64,000 nt of DNA from Raillietiella orientalis (taxonomy: Eukaryota). This document shows, in pieces, positions 36,842 through 47,300 of this stretch. The stretch lies in the NCBI GenBank assembly GCA_036172245.1, contig JAYWIR010000018.1:1550001-1614000 (forward strand), written 5' to 3'. Under the pieces are notes generated by a model. It made no database searches. It was not told where the DNA came from and was given only the letters and a program-made list of their open reading frames with translations. Position numbers and translations under genes: made by a program. Every line of letters starts with the position of its first letter. The first letter of the stretch is position 1.

Positions 36842-39599
36842 CAGCAACCTCGCTTGCAGCCTTGTGCTATCTACGTGGGATTGTCGCTGCATGGAGCAAA
36901 GCAACAGAAGGACCCAGCGATAGGGATGTCATCCACTTCATCGTCCAATTCATCAGGATGGCTATGCAATGCCCCATCTGAACTGGAATATCCAGCAAGA
37001 CCTTGCCGGCATCCTACAGAAGATGGACAGGACTGCCACCAGCAGGCAGTGATCCCTTCCCGTACCCCCCAAAGTATATTTATTTTTCTTTTTTTTTTCC
37101 TTTTTGTTTGCCCTCTCCTCTCTGCTGCCGTGGTAGACCGCGCCGGTCTGCAAACCGGTGACCAGTTTTTCCTCAAATGGTGCGTGATTGGACCCCCGGT
37201 CCAACCACAGTTCTCGTTATATGTTTATTTTTGAAATAGACGTTCCGGTGCACCCGGGTGAGAATCGAGCCCGAGGTACAGGGCTGGTCTCTCTTCCTCC
37301 CTTGGAGCAGGAGAAGTGTTCCCGGCTGGATCGCGAGGCAGCCTCTCCGGATCTCTTCCTTCCTTCCCTAAATGCAGCCAATCCCTTCCCCTTCATCCTC
37401 GGACCGCTCCTGGGGCTGAGAGGACTGGAACGCGCCGGCTTTGCCTTCGCGGTGCGGCGGCGGACGAAAGACGTGAAAGTTATCTCTGCCCGGCTCTCAC
37501 GACTGCTGACCTTCATTGTCAGGCATCTTGAAGGGTCACAGGAGTGAGCGGGGAGCGTAAAGGAAGGGAGAGAAGAAGATGGAAAGAACAGTAGTAGCAG
37601 CAACTCTTCTGTTTCTGCAGAAGAGTTGCCCGCCTCAGCGGTCGCTCCGGGGAGAGGAGTTTTGGAAACGCTACCAAAGCCTCGATCAGATGGCGCGCGA
37701 GTTCGCGCGCCTCCGCGTCTTTCCCCTTTAGCTCCCAGCCGGCGATTCCCAGTCTCCGGCAGCCTTCCTCTAGGGGGAATCGCGAGAGACGGGGAGGACA
37801 GATTAGGGGGCGGTGCGGAGACAGATTCCCCACCGAGCTTTCTCCGCGCGGCTTGATTAAAGAGGAAGTTCTCTCCCCAACGAGAGATTGGAAAAAGGAA
37901 GGCGGCGAATCCCGCCTGTGGCAGGTGCCTGGAAACGGGAAGGAAGAGAACCTGTCCGACAGGAGAGAACTGCCACGAGCCGCAGCAGGAGAGGCCGGTG
38001 ACGTCGTCGTTCTTTCACTCGGCACCTCTGGGTCGTTCCTTGCGAAAGAAAAAGGGGTGACCCCACAAGTGGTGATAGGGCTGTAGGTCCTATACAGGTC
38101 TGAACCACGAGAGGCAAGGCACCTGCCGACCGGCCAAGGAGGCGTGCTTCAGGAAACATGGGGTGGGCGGGGTGAGATTAAAAAAAGGAAAAAATAGGTG
38201 TTTGTTGGGAGATAGGGGAGGAGGAGATCCCAGAATTTTCCTTTTGTATCTGCTGCATCCTATAAAGGACTACGGCAAGCCCCCCTCATCCTGTGTGCCG
38301 TACCAGGAGATCGTCAGCATGCAGCGCCGGTTTTGAAAGGAACGGCAGACACCAGTGACCCTTGTCCCCAGACTCCCTCTATTCTATTCCATTCTACTTT
38401 TTTTGCCTCATTCTCTACTCCCTTTCGCTCCGTAACTTTCCCGGTTGTTGTATGTTGATCCCGGTGCATGCGGAGCGAACCCAAAGACTGCCTCATTCCC
38501 CCGGATTTCCTTTTTGTTGTCGTCTCCTTTCCCTCTCCTGTTCCAGACATTTCTATATCCCGACCTGCGTGTCGGTGGATCCCCCACTGAACTTCTTTCA
38601 TCTTTGGTTGGGAACCAGCATGTTCCCAGTTGGTTTCTTTTTATAAAATAAACACCTTCGGGCGTGACCGGATGAAAAAATTCAAGGGAAGTGTGGGGAT
38701 GGCCGTGGTCATTGCAGCGATTCGCGAGTCTTCCGTGGCGACGTTCAGGAGCTCTTCCCAGGGGAACTCTCCAGGATCTCCTCCCTTCAGGTGCTCCGGA
38801 ACAGTCCTTTAGCACGGGCTCCAGGGAGCTGTGGCGTCATCAAGGACCAGTTCCCGAAGGGTTTTTTGTTTTGTTCCTGCGATCACCGTCATCGCCGATT
38901 ATTGTGCACGAACTCAGGGTCAGGTCAAGTGGCCTCCTGAAGTTCATGGTGTCGCGTCGATCTCTTCCGTTTGTCTCAGGGGTTCTCTCTCGCCCTCGGA
39001 CGGACAGCATGAGGGTGCGCACCGCGCGTGCGACACCCCCAGAAGACAGACGGAAGCATCGCAACTCCGCCAGCACGCTCTGAGGGACAATGATGTCCCG
39101 AAAAAAAAAAAGGAAGAGGGAGGGGAAATGAAGAAATAAAAAAAAAGAAAAAAGAAAACATCGACATATCCGTTCAGAATGCAAATCTCTTCCGGAAAGC
39201 GCAATTCATTTACACACAGACGCGTAGTCTGTGACGACACGTCGGCATGGTAACGTACCACCTTCGCGCCTGAATGATTGGAGCGATTATTGCACACTGC
39301 ATGTACGCGCGCGCGTGTACACGTGCACATGCACACGCCCCAAAATAAACAGAATACGAAGAATGGAAAGGAGGAATGCAGAGAATTGCTGCATCTTTGT
39401 AAATACATGATACTCTGGGTCTCGCTTGCGTCATCTCAGCGTGCAGCAGCAGCCGTGTGTGAGTAGCCGATGGATCCCTTCCTGCCGCATCACCGTACGC
39501 GGGCAGGCATACATCATGCATGCTTGCACGCATGATCTCTCGACGCGCACACTTTGTGTGCCGTGCGCAAGGGCGTGTGGACGTGACGTTCATTGATGC

Positions 39600-40290
39600 C
39601 TCCACCGATTCAACCCTGAAAGCGCCAAACAGGAACCAGTCTTTGAGGTCACCCAGATCGGCTACTCCAACGCACTCAATCTCGATAAATCTCGATAAAA
39701 ATCTCTTGTGGTTCGTTGTGCGCAGAACAGGCGCCCAGAGTTCATTTGAATCGGGGATCGGCTGCAAGCGCTTGCTTAGCATCTGGGTAGGGAAGAAGAT
39801 TTGTGACGCAAGCTCGCGTCGTGAGGCGATGGACCGCGGATGACGGTGGGCAGGGTCGTCGAAGTCTGTTCCGAGGAATTTCGCTTTGCCACCCCTGCGG
39901 ATGCCGTCTCCTCCCTTGCCCCCCCCCTCCTGCTTTCTCATGAGGCGCTGGCTTGCAGATACTGGGCAGGTGGTGGTTATCGGATGCTGCACGGTAGTCA
40001 TTATTCCCTGCGAGCCGCTCTCCGATTACCCGCCGCCGCAGTTTCGGGAATGTTGTCTGCCGAATAGGGGATCCAGCAGCAGAAGCGATGAGAAAAAGGC
40101 AACGAGAGCTACTTAGTACGTCGCCAGCCTCGGAGATCAAGCCGGAGAGACGCTGCGTTACAGCGGCGGAGTGCCAGCTGACTCGGCAGCCATTTAACAA
40201 GGATCCATCATTGTTAACAGCCAGATCAATGAGACTGTAATCGGGAGAGCGTCAAAAATCATGAACCGGAATGCGAGAAGATGCTCGGCG
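39600..40290 (-). mobile_element. Decayed Helitron PIF1-like helicase fragment
   Basis: Collinear remnants across frameshifts: FMIFDALP (Walker A flank, FFLDAPGGTGKT), NAASL..RGWRRT (IAATLL.GGRT), GGKAKFLGTDF + TLPTVIRG (FGGK..LL.GDFRQTLPVI.RG), AC..KSSSL (AC.KSS.LW). Confidence 0.5.
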
Positions 40291-40699
40291 CGGAAGGAGA
40301 AAGGCATAAAAAGTTTTACTGCCTGAGGTCCAGGTATTTTCGGCAGGCCAATGCGCCAGCGACGGCTGCTTTCGGTTCCACGGTTCAGAGCCCCTATAAA
40401 ACTCCGTGTTGGACACTCGGGTGCAAAAACACGTCTCCTGCTCTTCCTTCGGTGGTTACGAAGTTCGGTGTCTCAACAGCCTCGTGCTGATCCGGCCATG
40501 TCAGCATTCCGGACGACCAAAAAAAAAAAAAGGTCGTCTCTTAGAGAGAGAGGGTCAGTTCGAAACTAGCTGACAAGAGAGGGGAGAAGGAGGGGGAGGA
40601 ACGAAAGGATTTCCGGTCTCCAGATGACCGCAGGTCAGTTTCACGATTTCTGCTTTCCTTCTGAGGCCGAAACGATGCGGCATCCGGAAAAGTCCCCTC

Positions 40700-42690
40700 A
40701 ATCGGTGCCTCTTCCACTCAGGAATTCTCCCTTCCAGTGAAGATGGCTCAAGAACTCGTCGAACGCCATTCTCCAAACCTGCTCCAGACAAAGAATCTCA
40801 ATACGAGGAACACATGATCCATGAGCTTTCAAGATCTGGTGATGCAGGAAAGATTGCTCACGACCAGCTTCAGGTTCCCAGAAGGTGCTCATCCAGGATG
40901 CTTGAAAAAAATAAAAAGTGCGATGAAAGGCGCATGTTAACGAAAAAGTTGCAGGATTCGTCTCCTCTTCTTCGTTGTCGACTTCCCTACGCGTGTCATC
41001 GTGTATCTCTGCTGCCTCCTGCCTGCTTCCAGTCCTTCCTTCTTTTTGCGAGATTTCCTTTTGTCCCTCCATTTCGTGATTTGGAACTCGGACCTTGAAG
41101 ATTCTCCGGGGAGCGTGGTCGAGCTTCGGAAACTCTGTCTCTTCTCCGGCAGCCAGCCATTTGCATGCAGCCTTCCTCGCGTAGGAGTCGAAGAGCTCCG
41201 TAAGCAGACTTGGCTCCGGAAGATCATGCAGTGTTGAGTCGAAACGATGTGATGGCACCAGGGTCCATTTTAGGGCTCCCGTAGATTCAGTGTTGCTGAT
41301 AACAGAAAGAACGCGTGTTCATCTTGTGGCTCCTCAGGAAAAGGTCATGTACCCATAAAGACGTAAAGCACACCCGATGTGCACCACCTTTGTGTTCGAA
41401 CCCGCATTCCGGAGGGCGGTCGCTCAGTCCCCTAAGATGTGTTTTTGTCCACTGAAGCAACAAAAACTAGGGTGGATTCGTGGACTAGAAAGAAATGGAG
41501 GCAAACGCTGCTAAAGCGTCCTTTGCGGTGCGTGTTCAAGGAAAAAGATTTTCTCTTCCTCGAAAACAGCAGGAACAGAGCAAACCTCATCTTATTCCTT
41601 AATCTCTAGCGAGATGAATGATCGAAGCCTCAAAGGAGAAGCAAAGCAAGAAAAAAAAAAAAAAAAAGGTCCCTAGGAAGTGCCTCTGTCTCGGTGAAGG
41701 CAGCGCTGGTTTCAGATCGATGAATTCTGCTTTCAAAGAAAATTGATTTTTGTTCCTTGAGAAGCACCAGCAAGAAAGATGAAAGCATCCTCAGTTTGGA
41801 TCGTTCGTTTCACGATGCTGCTGGCTTCATCCGTTGAAGGTTCTCCGCCTTCGCCGAAGATCGGTGAGAAACGGAGTTGCACCCATGGCTCCAAGACCCG
41901 AAACGTGTTGCAGAAAAAAACGCAAGGTCCTTCTGTGGTTATTAGGGGAATGGCAGCTACTGGAGTCCTTCTCGTTTCCATCCTGTCCCAGCATCTCTTC
42001 TTTCTCTTGCCTGAGGATTTCCCGAAAGAGCCCACCTAAAGTGGAGTCGCTCTTGTTTTTCAGGTCCCGTTAACTGATGATCAACTGTTCCATGATGTTC
42101 CTCCCCATCCCCTCTCGGGGATCTTCCAGCTGTTGATCATCTCATGTCACTAACATCAAAAGTATTGTGGAAAGGCAAGCGTCCGAACGAGTCAAGGTAA
42201 AGTGGGCTTTGGAGAAAGCTCATTCAGGGTCACATTCGGGGACTCCACTCTCGACGGACGCGCGAGAAGGAAAATGACTCCAAGCCTTGGCACAATCGAA
42301 CTCGAGGAATTATGGACATCTCTTGTCGCAGAACTCGGATCAGGAGAAGATCGTGTCCTGCATCGGGGCAGAATCAGGATTCGGAGCATTTCCATCCAAT
42401 GGACAGAACACCCTGGGTCTTATTGATCCTTCCGTGGATTACGCCTCAGTTTCCTGCCTGTGGAAGCACTGCCTGACGAAGATCGTCCCTGCCGAAAATG
42501 GGGGACTGAGAAGAATATCTAGGTCTCACACTCGCAGTAAGTGAGTCAGCGAACAAACTACGCTTGCGCTTGCTCAAGCGAGCTGCGGTCAAACATTGGA
42601 AACAAATGACCTCTGACCAATCCATGCCGGGAAAGGGAATTAAAGCTGAAGGCGGATCTGATGCTTGTGGGAGAAGAGAAGGCATATTTC
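40700..42690 (-). mobile_element. Decayed LINE (RT core to C-terminus)
   Basis: LPQASD..ALIPF (GVPQGS..PLLF), SLFADSL (LFADD, ~42545), RLGVIF (~42280) and EEEET..FSLTC near 40950. Confidence 0.45.
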
Positions 42691-42699
42691 CTACTCCTA

Positions 42700-45350
42700 T
42701 GAATAGGGAGCAACGAAGCCAGAAGAGGAGGCACGGGAGAGGATGTGTGTGGTCGGCTCTCCTCCACCGACTTCAAAGGACTATCCGTCGTAGGGTCTCT
42801 GCATCAGGTAAGTATCGAGGGAAGCTAAAATCCCTAAGAAATAGGCAGGATGTATCAGAGAGGGAGTGGTGTGCTCGTATGTGGAGTTTTCTTGGATGCT
42901 GGAAATGCCTGGTGGGAATGAGAAAAGTCGCCTCTCAGGTTGAAAATTGAAGTCTCATCATAAGGACGAGTTGAAGAGAAGAGACAGACGGAGAAGATGG
43001 TTGAAAATTTTCCCTCTTTTTGCTTGGAATTCCCTTCTTCCTCGACGCGAATATCATGGACAAAATTTGAGATCAACAGAAGCTGCTTTTCGCTTTCAGG
43101 TTTTGCGACGTGATCCTATCCAGGATCCTTTCCTAACCTGTTCTTCAAGACACTGTCTCCCATGTTCAAGAGATGGAACCAGTATCTGAAGATGAAGTCA
43201 AATCGACAGTTGGATGGCGAATCTTCCTGGCATCATAAAAGTTCTTGCTGCTGTCAGATGAGTGCCTAACTGCATCCTCCCTGTATCACCACAGCATCAG
43301 TTTCTGACAGCATCAGTCTTTCCACAGAGTCACTGTCTTTTCTGATTGACCAGGATGAAACTTCCATCCGAGAAGGCAACAACCTGCATGGCCTATCACA
43401 GCAGTCGTCTTCAAACAAGCATCCCCTCACCCTGAAGTCAGCTCTTATTCTAAACTGAGAGTCCGGGGAAACCCTCTACTTCTTTGCCTCTGGGAAGTGC
43501 CTGCATCCCTTCAAACCTCCAAACCTCCACTTCGCTCCGTAGGCGAAGACGCTCTTAGACTCCGCAGTTTCCCGAGAGTTCCAATCCAATGACTTTCCGC
43601 AAGGGGCAGCAACAAGTTCCTGTCACCTCCATCTTGGAAGTACATATCCGTTGTGCACGAAGGATCAAGGAGAGCGATCAGAGAAAGAACCGAAATTCTT
43701 TGGAAATCTCTCCCTTGCTTTTACTGAAACGGTTTTCTCGAATTGCTCTCGCGCTAACGTCATCTCGAGTGGATTTTTTCCGACCATTCTGGGAGACTTC
43801 GACCGGAAGACTTCGAAGCAGACCGCTTCCACGTTTGTCCATCGACCTGGGACTCTTCGCGTTCTTCGTGTTCAGTGGACAATCAACTCCCCACTATATT
43901 AGGCGGACGGAGGTTTCACACCTGATATCCAGCAGGAGCAGACACGCTGTTGCAAAAGGGGAGCCAGCAAGATTGCTTAGGGGGTGCAGCGAGCCTTTGG
44001 AGAAAGCCAGGAAGCTCTTCGGATTTGGAAATCAGGGTGGAGAATTCTTGGAATCAAAGTGGAGGAAAAACTAGGCAATGCAACGGTGAAAAGAAAATGC
44101 TAGTGAACCCCGGTGAGCTGGAAGAGGAGTTGCTCCCGTATTCTTCAGAAGGAAGGGATTCACCAATTTTCAGTTTTCAAAGAAAGTGCACGCAAAGTTT
44201 GCGTTAGTGGAACACTCCCTCGTGCAGAACGTACGTAGCGTGCGTGCACCGACGGAACCATTGAAGTGGTCGGACGCTTTGGGGATTTTTACAGCCTCAA
44301 CTGCAAAGATTCGTGCGTGTGAGTGCTTTCTTCTCGAGAACAGTCGAAAATTCGACGAGATGAATGGTTTCTGAGAGCAATTGCGTCTCTCTCTTCTGTT
44401 CTTTTTCCTTTTTCTCCTTCAGAAGTGACTGAGGAAATGACTCCTCCCTGGCAGCGCACTCTCTGCATCCGAGAACAGGATTCTCGGATGCAGAGAGACC
44501 TGCTCTTGAAGTCGAGCTTCTCGTAATTACAGATCTCAGCGAGTCGACTTGAGAGGCATTCGGCTTGCTGGTCGATGCGGCTTCACCCAGCTGATCAACT
44601 TCGGTGGACGTTCTCCTGGGCAAGCGTGATGGCGTTCCAGCAAATGGCAGGATCACGGATTCTCCTGGTGGCTCGTGGGAAGCAAAACTGATCCAGAGAG
44701 ATGCTTACTCTTCTTGCGAGGAGATCGCTACCCCAGATCCCTTGTTCCGTTGTTGCCCTGTCGCTCCTGCTTATTTGCTTACCTTTTGTGTGATCACCGA
44801 AACAGATCTAACGAGCGCTGATGCTCGAGCACGAGCATTCGGGGTGGAGGAAGAAAGACTTTTCCTTCTAAGCCAGCAAGCAAGAGTGGCGGATGTATTC
44901 CAAACACGCGAGGTCGTTGCTTCCCGATCTTGAATCCCAACTACCTGATAAAAGCTCCGGAATGGACGAAGGAATTTCCGTTTTCCCCGTTACGGGTGAA
45001 CGATTGGGACGTCCGTCGCATTTTGAAGCGAAACACTTCCTCTTTCTCGGAAGGTGAGTTTCCTCATCATCGGATGCTGAGAGTTCTGGCCCCGTCTAAC
45101 CCTCCCGCCGTTGCAAGAGCAAAAATTTCCACCGTGTGGTCCCCACGCTTCCTGCCCGCTTGCTGCACCACCGCTTGTCTTGCTATCGAGGGCGAAACCA
45201 AAAGAGCCATTTCCATGGAACCGCGTTGGTGCGAAGGGGCTTCTGTCACAGAAGAGAGGTCTGCTCCAGCGTGCAGATGACGGGATTGGAGACCCTCGCT
45301 CCTCCACAAATTCTCCACGGACTTTCAGGGGAGAGAGCAGGACGAGGCAG
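42700..45350 (-). mobile_element. Decayed 5'-truncated LINE with RT, probable RNase H and C-terminal zinc-knuckle (I/R1/LOA-like architecture)
   Basis: In order on the minus strand: AWGPHG (~45140; APGPDG), GFKIGK (~44930), PGESVILP/WN (~44650), GVFH*RKL (~44210), DSQF.IRA (~43460; RNase H DSQS), TRHF (~42905; TGH) and DSPL..EPTTHIL (~42745-42785). Confidence 0.6.
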
Positions 45351-45425
45351 TTGAAGGAGACAGGACGGGGTTTCTGTTGGGTTCGGTTCAAGCGAGGTGG
45401 TGGGGCAGCAGCACGCGCACGACGT

Positions 45426-45804
45426 TCACTCCGAGCTCATGCACCCGGTTTTACCCTTTCGTGCCTCCGAAACGGCGTTTGGACGGTTTCCTCAGGCACC
45501 AGCAGAGGCGTACCGCCGTCGGTATCTCTCAGCTGGTGGTGGTCCTGTGCTTGCTGCGGTGCGACAAGAGGAACGCTTGTTAAAAGATGCGCTCGGAGAC
45601 ATCGTTTGCGAAGCTGTTCGTCACGATCGGCATGGCCTCGCTCGAGATGCCCGTGTCCGGGCGCACCTACTGCAACACCCTGTAGACGTAGATCGCGTGA
45701 CTCTCCTTCCTCTTCCGCTTTTTCTTTCTGTCTTCTTTCGTGATGCTTTTCTGAGCTTTACCAGCTCCTTTTACTAACTTTTCACTATCCAACTTGGGAG
45801 TCAT
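45426..45804 (-). pseudogene. H2B: Histone H2B pseudogene (full length, at least 3 premature stops, C-terminal frameshifts)
   Basis: Minus strand from ATG 45804 reads [97 protein letters not shown]. This aligns with arthropod-type H2B ([53 protein letters not shown]...SREIQTAVRL). After frameshifts it ends GTK..TGCMSSE*, equivalent to TKYTSSK*. Confidence 0.95.
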
Positions 45805-46199
45805 CACGCCTTTCCGTACTTAATGCGTGTACTATTCACTGAGAAAATGTTACACACACGCGACACCACACCTGAAACACTCAGCATCACCTCAGCCGCC
45901 TGTCCGCTTCATAGTGACGGCTTCCTGTGGGGGATTCTCGGTGAGATGAAGTCCCAGGGGGCGCCAGGGCACATGTGAGTGCGCCGTTCCTCATCCAGAC
46001 AAAGGAACTCATTCCACGTCTGAAGAGGAAAAGAAGAAGAAACCGGAAACCTGCAGGTCATCGATCAAACGGATCAAGGACTGCAACGGAGATTGCACGG
46101 GAGAGCATCGTCTTTGGCTGCCTCCTCTCCCGGCAGAGGCGTTCGGGTTCCTCACCTGGTCACATTTACAGATATGGATAGATAGATAACTATTTTTCC

Positions 46200-47300
46200 C
46201 TACCAACTGTTGATCTTCTGTGTTCCTGGATGCTGCTGCTTATTTTCGGAAATGGAAGAGCGCGGTTCGCTTGCAGTCCAAAGAGTCGAAAACCGATCTC
46301 TCCTTGGGATGCTGCTCTTCGGTAAGAAAATCAAAAGGAGAACCATGTAGGAACTGGAGGACGGCTTCCAGCTTAATTGCTCCTGGAAAGCTGTGGAACT
46401 CGCAAGTCGAAACTCGAGCTTCTGCGAAACAGGTTGGTATGACCGCTGCTTTCAGCGCAGGGGGCGGAGGAGGTTCCTCAGGTGACGATTGAGAGGTGTC
46501 TTCTCTCTGCAGCATCAACCACTGAAGCTCAGACGAAAAGAATGATTTAAAAAAAAAAGAAGGACGAATGCTTCTGATCTTGTGGGAAAGAGCCTAGAAT
46601 CCCTCGGGAGGAAAGAAGCTGGTAAAACCGCCGGTGGTGCTACGGGGAGAGAGTAGGGAGGGGTCAAAGGGCAAAGCCTCAATGACTTCGTAGCGCGAGA
46701 GCGACCGTTTACGAAGAAGCGAACAGTCCTCCTTGGCGGGAGAGTTCTGGGATGCAGACTCAGATCTTCTGGAAGGATGAAGACATCTAAGGGAACGAAA
46801 ACGGAATGCAAGGATAGAGAAGTTACGGAGAGATCAGAGAAAATCCTGGATACCGAGCCGGATTTTCTTCCTGCTCGGCGTGGAGAGCGACAGGACTTCG
46901 TTTACGGCTGGCTGGAAGCCTCTCATCCCGGCTGTACTATGCTGAGTAGAGCTTGGAATTCTCCGACACTTCGGGCATTCGAGATTCCCTGAAATTTTTG
47001 CTCCCCCTCCTCCCTCTTTGAATCCAAGGAGCATCCAAAGAAAAATCGGCACATTCACGTCATTCCAGAGTTGCCGTCTCAGTCTGGAAATGTGCGGCAC
47101 GGGGAAGAGGACCTGAAATCTGGTGCAGATCAGGGAAGCTGCGGAAGCAGAAATTCACCCTTCTTCCATGAAGATTCCCTTAAGGACCGGCAAGACATCA
47201 GACCCTTCCCATCCGACTTCATCACGTGGGCCTACCTTGAATGGCTTTGGGGTCGGAAGATGTGGTTTCAGATGTCAATCTCCTCGTCCGAATGCTCTAC
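46200..47300 (+). mobile_element. Decayed LINE RT remnant
   Basis: YFRKWKSAV...NWRTASSLIAPGKL (FP..WK.A / YRPISLL...GK), RGERQDFVYG (~46880; GVRQGSVLG), AYLEWLWGRKMWF (~47230; KYLG...RKL.F). Confidence 0.55.

Noticed and set aside
45397..45777. 126-aa + strand ORF overlapping the H2B pseudogene
   Set aside because: It is the familiar antisense shadow frame of histone genes.
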